Shown: positions 1-13,149 of the stretch, piece after piece
How positions within the stretch are numbered: the stretch's first letter is position 1
Layout of the letters: every line of letters begins with the position of its first letter
Source of the DNA: Lytechinus pictus
Taxonomy: Eukaryota
Direction: 5' to 3'
Length of the DNA: 64,000 nt
NCBI RefSeq assembly: GCF_037042905.1
Contig: NC_087252.1
Span: forward strand, 23,314,001-23,378,000
Program-made: the position numbers and the translations under genes
Notes under the pieces: model-generated
Database searches by the model: none
The model's input: only the letters and a program-made list of their open reading frames with translations
What the model was told of the DNA's origin: nothing

Positions 1-830
1 GGGTCGCGGCATTTGGGGGGGACCAGCAAAAATTTTGAGTCATTAAGTGGGCACGCGAAGCGCGCTCAATTGCCAGGTATACTGACCTAATAGAGACATT
101 TTAAGGACTGTGCAATTAAACGGATATGTATCTTAGTGATCAAATAATGCGAGCGCGAAGCGCGAGCTGAAAATGTTTGATATTCAATCCTAAAAAGGGA
201 CATTATAAGCAAAGTTTTGTAATCATGATATGTACCTGTCTCACAAAACAAACAATGCGAGCGCGAAGCGCGAGCGAATTTTTTTTGTATAACTTGACCC
301 TAAAAAGGGACATTTTAAGGACTATATTTTCGAATTCATGAAGTGCGTACGTATCTCATCATAGTCATCTAATGCAAGCGCCAAGCGCTTGCTGATTTTG
401 TTATAATTACACCTGAGCATATGAAGCACTTTTTTGGTCATTGTAATCATGAACATGATACGTATTTTAATAATGAAATATTGCGGGCGAGAAGCGCAAG
501 CTGACAATTTTTGAAATTCAGACCTGAAGAGGGGCATTTTATGGCTTGTTTGTAGGAATTTACTATTTCACTAATCAAATGATGCGAGCGCGAAGCGCGA
601 GCTGAAAATTTGTTATAATTAGATCAGAAAAAGGGACATTTAAAGGACTGTCTAAGAATTCATGCACTGCAAAAAAAAACGCCGGTGTTGATTTAACACC
701 AGCCCGGTACCTATATCGGTCCACACCAGTGCGAACGTAAACACAGACTGGAAATGTTTAATATAAATAGGCCTTAAAAGGGGGCAATCACTTAAAGTAT
801 ATAGTCATGAAAAAAGCATATATCACTACA
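1..830. repeat. Degenerate tandem array (~105-120 bp period) with GCGAGCGCGAAGCGCGAGC core, part of a dispersed repeat element
   Basis: Core recurs near 53, 148, 257, 486 and 584; same motif family at 10180-11220 and (reverse) 63555-63960. Confidence 0.8.
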
Positions 831-1271
831 TAAAACAATAATAACTTGTGTTTTTTGCCAACTGCAAACTTGTAGACAAGTCTTCAAGTTGTACACTTGT
901 CTTCATGAATTTGCCAACTGCAGAGTTACCAGTTTTTTAAGTCTTGTGTTCTGTTCTTTTCAGTTCTAAAACGGGGCAGTACTTGTACATCACTTTGTCT
1001 TGTCTCTAATTTTACAAAACTAATGTATTTGTTAAATCGTCAATAATTGTGGTATAATTTGCAAACTCACAAGCTTGTTTATATTGGGGGAGGACCGGGA
1101 GCATACTTCGTGCGTTATTATAGCTCCATCTGTTTTGTCCTTTTTATTTTGCTGACTAGTAGGGCTCTAAGCCTGGCTACATGGACTTGGATTTGCCAAC
1201 TGGTTGTCTTTACTCCATAAGTCGTAACCTTCTTCGAAGTTGATACCTCTATTTTTCTTTCCTTTTTTTTT

Positions 1272-1456
<185 letters not shown>

Positions 1457-2859
1457 CTCTCTCCCCCTCTCTCCTTTCTTTTTTTCTCTTCCTTTCTTTC
1501 CCTCTTTCTTTTTCTCCCCTATCCTCCATTTTGCCAACTGGTACATGATTTTGCCGACTGCCATGAATGTTGGGGGGGGGGGGGTGTCACCCCCCTATAC
1601 CCCCCCCCCCTCTAGCTACGGCCCTGATAGCCAATTGTTACATAAATCACTAACAGAAGAGATATCATATTTCAGCTCATATGGCTCTCAAATCATTTAT
1701 CATTATCTTGAGAGTATAAATAGATGATTGTCTTCACCATCGATGGATCAGGAAAGAGCACAGTAAACATAAGAAACATACAACTTAATACAAAAATGTT
1801 GACACTTTTGGCTTCCCATAATTCTAGCACAGAGATAGACCATGGTCTAAGTTAAACCTGACTTCAGAACACGGACCTAAATGTTTGATTCTATTTTTGT
1901 AGAAGAAATTTGAAAACATCAGTCACTTGTAATGTACATGTAGCATTTTACATTCCAGACAGTCGACAGAGTGGGATAATTGAATTCATTGTCAGACGAA
2001 AATTTTCACGTTTGGCTGATCATCAGATCATGTTTTTATGATATAAATTTGCGTGGGTAGGCTCCTCCCCCTAATAATGCTAATGGCACCGATTGGCTCG
2101 ACCCTTTTAGATAATCACCTACACGTAGACAGTAAAATGTACGCGATATAATTACATGAACGTATTTTGCAATGAGTTGACATCACCTTACGGTATATGC
2201 AATGAGCATGGCCCTGTGGAGCGGGGTTGCTGAAGCACACCCCCCCCCCAAAAAAAAAAATCCTTGGGGTGCTGCGTGTATTATTCTCCACAGGCAGCAT
2301 CCCCAGGTATTCTGGAAGATGTGTGATAATGGAAACATGACTACAAAGTGACCATCTCCTTGTAGGGAAACCGTTTCTGCTCTTTTAACTATGATTTTTT
2401 GCTTGTCAAATTTCTCGGGACCAATTTGATGTCCATTTTATAGTGAAAACCCCCTTTTTTCTTTTCAAATTGGCATCAGCACCCCCAGTCAAAAATCGTT
2501 CCCAGGTCCCCGGCAATGAAGTGCGTTTCACATATGTAGCATATTTAGGAAGTATAGTTCTGTGTAGAAATTACTCATTTTCCAATGGTTATTTACATTT
2601 CACATAACAGAAGAAATACATAATACAATTATATCATTATCAGAAAATCTATTGAGGTAAAATTATTGATTCCACCTCTATGTATGTACTGAGCTGTAGC
2701 CAGGAGGTGGAGCAAAGGTTTTTGACAATAGGGGGGGGGGGGCAAGACGACCCAAGGGTGATGAAATTTTTCTCGATTGAATAATGAATTCTTCTTCTTC
2801 TTGTTAATATTATTTCATTATTGTTGTTATCATTATCATAATTTTTCATGTTCATTATT

Positions 2860-2886
2860 ATCATCACTTACATCATCATCATCATT

Positions 2887-2917
<31 letters not shown>

Positions 2918-2970
2918 CCATCATCATCATCATCCCCATCACCATCATCACCATCATCATTGTTATCATA
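2860..2970. repeat. (CAT)n microsatellite
   Basis: Direct inspection. Confidence 0.95.
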
Positions 2971-3189
2971 ATTATTCCTAATACTGCACTTTTCCCATTA
3001 GACTAAAAGCGCTTACAAGTAGCATGATTAATCAAATCAAACTGTACAAAATCATTATGATATTTTAGAACTACGAATTATACATATAAAAAAGCATGAT
3101 AGATACAACGTCGATCAATTGATCTACTCAGAGGGAAAAAAATATGATGGAGCACACGCATCAGTGGGCCTTTAAATGGAAATAAAGAA

Positions 3190-3617
3190 CATTTGCCAGA
3201 TGGAAAAAAGTCGGTGCAACACAATCACGGTATCCATATGTGGTCACAATGTGTTTCACAGTGTGTTCACGGTATGGAACACAGTGTGGCATATCATATT
3301 CACGCTCTTTAGCAGCGTTACACTTTCACATAGTCGACTGTGAACACACACTGAAAACACTCACACTATCTATGTATCCATAGTGTGAAATTGTATTCAC
3401 ACTGTTGAAATTGAGCATTTTAACATTGTGAATCATATCTCCACACAGACCAATATGCGAACACACTGCGAATAGCGCACTGTGCAGTTGTATACAGTGT
3501 GACGTTATCATCACGCTGTTAAATCTGAGCATTTAACATCGTATATCCACACAGACACAGTTCACTTTGTGAACACACTGTGATCACACTGTGTGAAACT
3601 GGGTTCTTTCTAGCAGG
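3190..3617. repeat. Dispersed element built of CACAGTGTG/CACACTGTG-rich subrepeats
   Basis: Related copies at 29575-30690, 33465-33760 and 58483-59060. Confidence 0.7.
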
Positions 3618-3640
3618 AATAAAGCAGGGATAAAGAATGT

Positions 3641-3920
3641 AGAGGTGTTGTGGCGCATTGGATAATCCTCTGGACGTTGAACACAATTAGGACCGGGGTT
3701 CGAATCCCACCATGGCACTCGCGTCCTTTGGCATGGCGTTTATCTAAATTTGCCACTCTCCACCCAGGTGCAGTTAATGGGTACCCCTTAGCCAGGAATT
3801 CCTTGAATGCTCGAGTGCCCGCTCAGGGTAGCCGTGCTAAAGCCGGTTAGCCGGGGTAAGAGTATGCAGCGCTTAGAAACATTTTATTAAGCGCTTTATA
3901 AATGTTGCATATTATTATTA
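3641..3920 (+). mobile_element. tRNA-derived SINE
   Basis: A-box-like TGGCGCATTGG, B box GGTTCGAATCC, core CTCCACCCAGGTG...AATGGGTACC, (ATT)n tail. Confidence 0.85.
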
Positions 3921-5773
3921 TTTTTATCATTATATAAGCAATTGGCATATCATTTTGTTCATTTTGTATTATGTCATCTATCAAGTAAATTGCTCAGAGC
4001 CAAAACTTAAAAAAACTCCACCCCACAAAAAAAAATATTTTAGCTCCAATAATCCCTAGTAAATAGAGAATCAGAATTCTATAATGTTTTCTAAGCCCAC
4101 ATGAATGGGACGCGGTCGCGACCGTCGCGATCACACCACGTGATTCCCACGTGTACACAGTGCTATAATCATGATAATAGAAATTTAGAAATTGGGAGAA
4201 CTTGCTCTCATTTTCTGCATTGTTCCCAGCAGGCCCTTTTCAGCAAACCTATGTCACGTATGTCGCCTTGATAAACCTTATTTTGCAACAGCTTAACAAT
4301 AGCCTAAAATTATTCACGTGCAGTCAGGGGAAAAATATTCCTTTTAATGTTCTGGTAACTACAAATATCACATGGAGGTGCTTAGAGGTAGAATTGCCAC
4401 AGATGACTTGTTTACCCCATCGACTAGAAAATAATTGTTAAATAACTCCTGACGTCAGGGTTCGAATAGGGTTTCGCAGAACTTTCAATAACCAGTCCTA
4501 TGTTAATAAAACTTAATATCTATATACTGACATGTTATTTCATATTGTGGAAATATGTGAAAAGTTTTTCAGATTCTTAACTACAAGTGAATTAAAAAAT
4601 GTTAAAATCAGACTGTACTTGACGTTCTTAGTAACGATTATACATAAGCATACTCAAAATGATACTATAAAGATAAAGTAGATGGTTGAATAATTAGAGT
4701 AAAGCCGGTTGGATTGTTTTCATTGATATGATATTAAAACAAAGCGAGAACATTCTCTCCAGATTAGGATGTAAGGATTGATTTGAATTTGGAGTTCGGT
4801 GAATTAATCAACATGATTTACGAGAATATGGCATAAATGAAGTGAATATATATATACATGTATATAGGTCCTATATAAAAGATAAAATAGGCAGTACGTG
4901 GGAGATGTTTAGAGGTTGGCAAACGTGATATGTAAACCACAAGAAAACAACATATTTCTGTTATTGATCAGTTTACCTGGTAAAAAAAGAGTTATTGTGA
5001 TCATATTCTGTTTGAACCTATATCTGAATTCATGACAAACCGTCAATGCCATTATTGAGACATACAAACAAAAGCTTAAACGGATGATTGAGTAAATCTG
5101 AGGAATTCCAAGGTCAGTAATGCTAGGCGCCTCCCAGGCACACCCGTACGCCCACTTCCGAAGGCTATAGTGGGACATCCCTTTAAGCATTTGAAACAAT
5201 AGGTGATTTAATTACTAAGTAATTAAGATTTAAATAACCACTTGTACCACCTGGGGGGGGGGGGGGGGTCATGCTCCCTAACGCTCACAAGGGGTGCAAA
5301 TTGTTATATATTTTAAGTTATTATTTGCCACCTGAAAGGCTCACTTTTACCATAGTAGATTCCATATTTTCGATTAAAAGGTTCAAATTTATAGCTTATT
5401 TGAAAAAGTTCATATTTGCACTCTTTTAGGTGCATAAATATGGTTAGTTTCGTCATTAAAGATGCATAAATATGTGCACGATAACACGCATTATATCCTT
5501 CATAAATCAAATCCTGTATGCTGATTGGTTTAAATATCATCATGTGATCAAACATATTCTCACTATTTTGCGATGATGTCGAAAATGAAACGCCCACCGA
5601 AGAAAATGTGCTATTCCGTGACGTCAATGATGGAATAGTCGACTATTCCATCAATGACGTCACAGAATCATGATGGCGCAAGCACTAATACGCGTTCCGC
5701 GCACTGAGCGCGTAGCTAAGTGCTTCAGGAAAAGTAGGTCAGTCAGCGCAGCTGGTTTGATATTCAGATTTAA

Positions 5774-8053
5774 GGACGTTCCACAGTTATGTTTGTGCGC
5801 ATCATGGTCTGCGCATATTCTACACTCTGCGCGCTGACGTCACAATGGATGAACTTGTGATTTAATCAGCTGTAGGTAATGTGAGCTGATTTTTCTCCTT
5901 ATCTGCACTAACTGCAGATCTGATGTGTTATTTTATGAAGCTAATAAACTGGAAATATTCCATGGACCATTTTTTTTAAATTCCTCTATAATTTCAAAAT
6001 ACTTTTCTCTGTAGTGCTGCAAAGTATGATGAATATGACCCCGAGTATGAATAAATGAAAAAGTGGTTCGGAATTTTTCTTCACATAGATACGAAGCTTT
6101 TAGTGCGTTTTGGGGTGTTTAAAGAAGCACATTTGCTCTAATAAGAGTGCTGATAGTTTGAAAACAAGCACATAAACCCACATTTTTTAATGTTTGCACT
6201 TCTTAGGTATACCTTCCTCTACAACTTTGCAAAGTTTGGTGAAAATGACATGGGTTTTGAATAAAGTGCAGCATTTCTGTTACTTCTCCAGTTTGTTATT
6301 GAAATTTGAAATTTTTGAGGTTGAGTATCTTTCTTGCAATTTCTAAGAACTGAGAGTGTTCTTATAGACTTAAAAGAGCAAACAATTGACAGCAATATAG
6401 ATAGATTATCCATCTCACGGATACAGTTATTAATCATATTGCAAAATTTGATGAAATTTTTATGGTTTTGACTGAGTAATAGAGCTTTAAACTCAATGTT
6501 GTGATCTCGTGAGGTCTAAAAATGCCAAATTGGATGCGCAATTCTTAAGAACATCCATTTTGGGTTAAATTTTAAGCTCTATAGCAAAATATCATGCACA
6601 TTGACCCATGTTAATTTTTGCATATTTGGAATATTCAGGTGCTAAAGTATATATGTGCAAAGTATGATGAAAACGACATGGATTTTCAATATTTGGGAGC
6701 AAGACTGCGGAACCACTCGCATTTTAGACGGTATTAATAGACTTTTGCTTGTTTTCAGCGCATTTTGGGCTATTTCAAGCCAACTCGCAATACTTTGGAC
6801 ACTGATAATTTGAAAACGAGCACATGGACCCCATAGTTTAAATGTCTTAACTTCTTCAGAATATATTCCTCTACAAATCGAGAGAGTATGATGAAAATGA
6901 CATGGATTTTGAATGTTAGGGAGCAGGACTAAATAACCATTCGTATTTTAGAAATTTTGGACGGTAATATACTTTTGCCAGTTTTTGGGCGCATTATAGA
7001 CTGTTTCAAGCCAACTCGCAACATTTTGGACAGTAATAGTTTAAGAACGAGCACATGGACCCCATATTTTTAATATTTTAACGTCTTCAGAATATATTCC
7101 TCTACAAATCTATAGAGTATGATGAAAATGACATGGATTTTGAATGTTTGGGAGCAGAACTACGGAACTATTCGCATTTTAGACGGTATCATTAGACTTT
7201 TGCACGTTTTCGGCGCATTTTAGGTGGATTTCAATATTTTCAAGCCAACTCGCAACATTTTGGACACTGATAGTTTAAAAACGAGCAGATGGACCCCATA
7301 TTTTTAATATTTTAACGTCTTCAGAATATATTCTTCTACAAATCTAGAAAGTATGATGAAAATGACATGGATTTTGATTGTTTGGGAGCAAAACTACGGA
7401 ACCATTCGCATTTTAGACGGCATTATTAAACTTTTGCACGTTTTGGGCGCATTTTGGGCGATTTTCATGCCAACTCGCATCACTTTGGACACTCATAGTT
7501 AAAAAACGAGCACATGGACCCCATATTTTTAATATTGTAACGTCTTCAGAATATATTCCTCTACAAATCTCTAGAGTATGATGAAAATGACATGGATTTT
7601 GAAAAAAGTGCAGCTTACAAAATACTTTTTTTATTTTTGAGTAGATTCACGTCTTTGAAGATTGGTTTTTTCCGAGTTTTTGCACCATTCTTGCCAAATG
7701 AGGGCGCTGCTGACTCCGAATAGATAGAGTTTTACTAATTAAAAGACTTTCTCTTACTTTGGTATACACTTTGTTATATATCTTGAAAATTTGATGAAGT
7801 TTGATGCGGTATCCACTGAGTAAAGGTGATTTAAACTCATTTGGTGAATTCGTGAGGTCTAAGAGAGGCATAATTCTCTCGATTGCGCAAGATTGCATAT
7901 CATTCAAATACGGCGACTTTGAAGACCCGTAGAAAAAAATAAGCACATGAACCTATGTTATTTTTTGCATTTTCATAATGCATAGATACCGAAGCAACTC
8001 TCTGCAAAATTTGGTGAAAATGACATGGACTTCATTTTAACTGTGGAACGTCC
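5774..8053. mobile_element. Kolobok-like non-autonomous DNA transposon with internal ~230-bp tandem repeats
   Basis: 16-bp TIR GGACGTTCCACAGTTA/TAACTGTGGAACGTCC; TTAA TSD (5770-5773, 8054-8057); GTATGATGAAAATGACATGG recurs at about 6662, 6886, 7118, 7352, 7576. Confidence 0.85.
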
Positions 8054-8162
8054 TTAAAAAAGGATGAACTAAGAGTACAAGAACTAGATTATCAAGATAT
8101 ATTTCTATAACTTATTAAAGTAGGATATAAAACAAATATACCAGGCCTTTGTTTCGAAATTA

Positions 8163-8702
8163 TAGTATACAAATATACCAGGCTTTGAGTAAGTATAGCG
8201 GGAATTATTCATCCGAGGTTGGACTGGCATTACTATTTTTTCCCCGAGGGGCGAAGCGCCGAGGGAAAATAATATAGTGATTATGCCAGTACAACCGAGG
8301 ATGAATAATTCCCTCTATACTTTCGAAATAAAGGTATGGTATAATTGTTTTATATCCTACTTTAATAAGTTATAGAAATAGATCTTGATAATCTAGTTCT
8401 TGTACTCTTAGTTCATCCTTTTTTAAATCTGAATCAAACCAGCTGCGCTGACTGACCTACTTTTCCTGAAGCGCTTAGCTACGCGCTCAGTTCGCGGAAC
8501 GCGTACTAGTGCTTGCGCCATCATGATCTGTGACGTCAATGATGGAATAGTCGACTATTCCATCATTGACGTCACGGAATAGCACATTTTCTTCGGTGGG
8601 CGTTTTATTTTCGAAATCATCGCAAAATAGTGAGAATATGTTTGATCACATGATGCTATTTAAACCAATCAGCATACAGGATTTGATTTATGTAGGATAT
8701 AA
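8163..8702 (+). mobile_element. Palindromic non-autonomous element (Crypton-like), inner intact 540-bp copy
   Basis: 5' end TAGTATACAAA; hairpin centred on GAGGGGCGAAGCGCCGAG; second module bounded by TTATATCCTAC/GTAGGATATAA; perfect 46-bp palindrome at 8530-8575. Confidence 0.75.
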
Positions 8703-9946
8703 AGGGAATTATTCATCCTCGGTTGTACTGGCATAATCACTATTTTTTCCCTCGGGGCTTCGCCCCTCGGGGAAAAAATAGTAATGCCAGTGTAACCTCG
8801 GATGAATAATCCCCGCTATACTTACTCAAAGCCCGGTATATTTGTATACTAGCACCCATATGGTTTTTCATTGCACCAACCCATGGGAACAATGTATAGG
8901 GTTTGAACCCCAGTGCTAGGTGCAAAACAGTTCTAATTAATTGAGGTTGGCCTAATGTACCCCCCCCCCGAAAAACACAATCAGACTGCCTTTCCTCCTA
9001 AAGTGTATTTACCCCCTCCCCGAAAAAAATATATTAAAATGACGTCAATGATATTAAAACACCTATTAAAATTTCTTTCAGCACTCGTTAGTTTTAAGTT
9101 TGGTGTTGTGCTGAGAGGGAAAATGGCAACACACCAACACAAAACGTCAACACCGAACTTGATAGTAGCCATAATGCCTGTGAACGAATTTGCGGTAAGA
9201 GCCTTGGTAACGATGTGCACCCCTTTTCAATGTTAGGGAGCAGGAACACACACAAAATGCTGCAAGTAACTGTGGATCGATTGTTCGATAGATTGATTGA
9301 TTCATTTACTTATTGGCGGTAAAAATCCTATTCAGCTACTAGTCTTGTTTACAAAGGAGTCGTGCAAAAAAACAAAAAGACTTAAGGCATACATGAAAGT
9401 ATCAATTGACATCGAAAGATAATTTCTGGTAACACAATGAACAAAGAAAATTGAAAATAAGCAGTTTGGGTGTGTGTAAAGTGGGAACAATATAGGTATT
9501 CATTAAATATATGATAAATGTAATCAAAAGTCAACGTTTTTCGGTGTTTTATTGCAATTCTATGAAGATGATATTACAAGACATCCTTACAATGTTTAAC
9601 GAAAAAATGCTAATGAAAAATATTATTAGAAAGTCTATCACGCCATGAAGAGAAAAGGGCCAGTTCCATTCTTCAAATGGAACAAGGGTAGCTCATTTTC
9701 TGTTCTTGCAACTTTGATAAGTGTGGTAGTTATCAAACCATGCACATTTAGCGTCCTAAATGGTTTAAAGTTAACAAAGTTGCACGACGTTTTAAATGCA
9801 AAAATGTTATTCACCTTGGAAGGTGCACGGCTGCACCTTTTAGGGCTGAAATGAAAATGGTGAACTTTAATAATAATAAATATTTCTGCACCTTTCCAAC
9901 GTAGGGTGCAAGAGAGAGAAAGAAAGAGAGATAAAGAGAGAGAGAG

Positions 9947-10076
9947 CAGGGACCTGGGAACGATTTTTCAGTGGGGGTGCTGAAATCTCTCCTCAAAGGT
10001 GGGGGCACAATTGAGTTTTCCATTGTTCTTTTATACACACACACACACAACCTCCCACACCCTCTCACACGCACAT

Positions 10077-10126
<50 letters not shown>

Positions 10127-11748
10127 CACTTCTTAGCTTTTTTCTCAGAAAAGAACATAGATATAGAATTAAGTAATTCGAGCGCGAAGCGCGAGCTAAT
10201 TTTTTTTTTGAAATTTCATGTATTTTTCCTGAAAATTGAACATTTTGAGCAATGTTTGTGGTCCTGAACAAGATGCGTATGTAACAAATAATAACTGCGA
10301 GCGCGATCAGCGCAAGCAGATATTTTTAATATACACTCTGGCCTGATCGAAAGGATCCTGTTATAAGGACTGTTTGCAGTTACCCATGTAGACGATTCAT
10401 ATATCAACAATCAAATAATGCCAGCGCGAAGCGTTAGCTGAAAAATTTGACATTCCGACCTAAATACTGAACATTCTAAGCACTTTTTGTAATCATGAAC
10501 AGGATAGGTATATAACTATATAATTGATGCGAGCGCGAAGCGCGAGCGGAAACAAAATTGAGATTTCAGGCCTAAAAACGAGACATTCTAAGCACTTTTC
10601 TTATCATGAACAGGATAGGTATATAACAATATAATTGATGCGAGCGCGAAGCGCGAGCGGAAATAAGAATGAGATTCAGACCTAAAAATGGGACATCTTA
10701 AGCACTTTTCTAATCATGAACAAGATAGGTATATAACTATACAATTGATGCGAGCGCAAACAAAATTGAGATTTCAGACCTAAACACGGGACATTCTATT
10801 CATGTTTTGTAAATCAAGAAAATTATGGGTAATTGGATATCTTCCTACATTAATCATGTGAGTGCGAATCGCGAGCAGAAAATTTGTGATATTCTGATCT
10901 GAAACTTTATAATTGAAGCACGTACGTTTTAAGGGGTATATACTCCAGACTGAATGCAATATGGTTTGAACAGATAAAGAAAAATCAGACGAACAACCAT
11001 GTAAACTTCAAAATCAAATAACTTAACTATTTGTTATCAGCTGATTTTAATAAAATTTGTTTATTTTGAAAAAATTGTATTGATAAAATGTATTTGATAT
11101 ATTTTCAGTACCCCCCAAAGCAAGCTGTGTCTCTGAATAAACATGCGTGCGTGTGTTTCTGGGCATTCTAAATACATTTTTAAAAATAAAATCAGTAATG
11201 CGAGCGCGAAGCGCGAGCAGAAAATATTTGATATTCCGATCTAAAAAAGGGTGAATTTAAACACTATTTCAAGTAATGTGTCTGAAAATTCTAAAGTGGG
11301 GGGGGGGGGAAGTTCCGACAAAACGTAGTTCATTTTCATTACATTTCTGTCATGGACTTGTACTTGTTTATACAGAACACGGGGCGGTCAGTCGCGCGCA
11401 CACTTGGTTCGACATAAAATCTGGAAGTTTCAAATCCATCCACACCCATGTCCCTCCCTCCAATCGAGTAGTATGTATGGTTATCACGTATATCGCGCGA
11501 CCGTAGTGCCGTAGCTTGATTGAGTCGCGTTAGGCATGTTAGGAGGGATATATGTTATTTGAAAGACATCAGTACATGATTTGTGATTGTCGGATGTGAT
11601 AATTACGTACATAATAACATATCTAAAAAAAAATACAGGGGGAACCTAATTTCGTGGGGGTGCTGCCTATGGAAAATAATACACGCAGCACCCCCAGGAA
11701 AATTTCTGGGCTTCAGCACCCCCAGCACCCCTGCTTCCCAGGTCCCTG
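9947..11748. mobile_element. Non-autonomous TIR element carrying a GCGAGCGCGAAGCGCGAGC tandem array
   Basis: TIR CAGGGACCTGGGA/TCCCAGGTCCCTG; inserted in (AG)n; ~110-bp internal repeats. Confidence 0.75.
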
Positions 11749-11895
11749 AGAGAGAGAGAGAGAGGGGAGGTGGAAAAAGGAAAATTGATGAGTGAAGGCA
11801 AGCAAAAAGATCTAAAAAGGTAAAGATATACATTCATATATCACACAAAGCAGGGATAGAGATGAAAAACACAATTAGAAGAAAATTAAACTTAC

Positions 11896-11907
11896 CTTTT
11901 CAGCCAT
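11896..11907 (-). CDS. Probable first coding exon (MAEK) of an unidentified gene; downstream exons not found
   Basis: Minus strand reads aaaATGGCTGAAAAG|GTAAGT: good start context plus consensus donor; non-repetitive upstream leader. Confidence 0.4.
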
Positions 11908-12715
11908 TTTCAGACTAGAAATCCCCTTCCAAGAATGGAGATGACTTTATTTATAGATGTCCCGTAAAGTTCGACATCCAAAAGAAACTTCCGAGAAATC
12001 TCACTTTCGAGGAATCGAAACTCAGGGTCAAATAGACGGTCAGTCTCTTTTGAGAAGAACCCTAGGTCAGATACTGTACTCCGGGATGATATCCGCAGTG
12101 AGTATTGCCAGACACTTTATTGGACGCGCCTCTAGACCTATATGATCTTGCTGCTGTATGCTACCATGGACCTGTAGTAGGTCCATGATGCTACTAACCG
12201 GGGTCACGGGGGGCGTATACCCCCGGTTGGTTGCCCCAATACAAAGAAACCTCCAAGTGCATGTTGCTTGCTCGATGCAGCCTTCAGGCAAAAATCAGAG
12301 ACATCAAAATCATAATCATAAAAAATAGTCGCATTATTTGCTCACGTGATGAATCTACTCCATGAAAAACTAGATTAGAATAAATCGAGCAACAAAGTGT
12401 GGTAAACATCCAATCGCTATCCTGATAATTTTCTTCGTTGTAGGTACCGCAACACTCCTACGCAGAGGCATCTGAAACCAAACAGAAGTAGGCCAAAATG
12501 ATGTTTTTGAAGATTCAGGCGAATTGTGGGAGCGGATTTAATATTGTAACAAGGAACCGATTTGATACTGGTCTTGGAGGTTATCAGATGTCCTTGTTTT
12601 TAATTTTTCACTATCTCATCTATTTCTATATTCAAATTGTAATAATAGCACACGCATTGAAATGGCACTAATCACAAACAGAACAAAAATATGTCACATG
12701 AAAAAATATAAGCAA

Positions 12716-13146
12716 TAGTATACAAAATAATGAATGTTTATGAGTGCAATGGACAGAATACTTCATGAGATGAAAGATGAAATGATCCATTCAACGAGGC
12801 GTAGCCGAGTTGAATGGATCATTATTTCATCTTTCACCGAATGATGTATTCTGTCCATTGCACGAATAAAAAAACATTCATTTATATGACACCTAGAAAT
12901 TTTTTTATATGAAATTTATGAATTTCGATGCAAAACATGCTCATGCAGTGCGAGTTTGGTCTGTTCATTGTTACGTCATAACATGCACACTGCTGGTGCC
13001 TGCAGCTGCAGCCTCGGTGCGCGCGTGCAATGGACAAAATCGTATGAATCCAAAATTGCACGGTTGATGACGTCATTGCAAAATGGGCTGAATGAACGAT
13101 ATCAAACAACCAATCAAATCACGAGGATCTATCTAGGTGTCATAAA
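12716..13146 (+). mobile_element. Second family of palindromic Crypton-like non-autonomous element
   Basis: 5' TAGTATACAAA; ~150-bp hairpin centred on GAGGCGTAGCCGAG; second module TTATATGACACCTAGA...TCTAGGTGTCATAAA. Confidence 0.7.
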
Positions 13147-13149
13147 CAA

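Larger units (their letters stand above)
5491..8851 (-). mobile_element. Palindromic non-autonomous element (Crypton-like), outer copy, interrupted twice
   Basis: 5491-5773 + 8058-8165 + 8703-8851 together form the reverse complement of 8163-8702; no TSD. Confidence 0.75.
5272..9242. mobile_element. Outer non-autonomous TIR element hosting nested insertions
   Basis: Inverted ends TGCTCCCTAAC...AAGGGGTGCA (5272) and TGCACCCCTT...GTTAGGGAGCA (9242). Confidence 0.6.

Noticed and set aside
3641..3720. tRNA-like sequences here and at 44590-44662 and 62905-62978
   Set aside because: No complete cloverleaf; they continue into SINE bodies and tails
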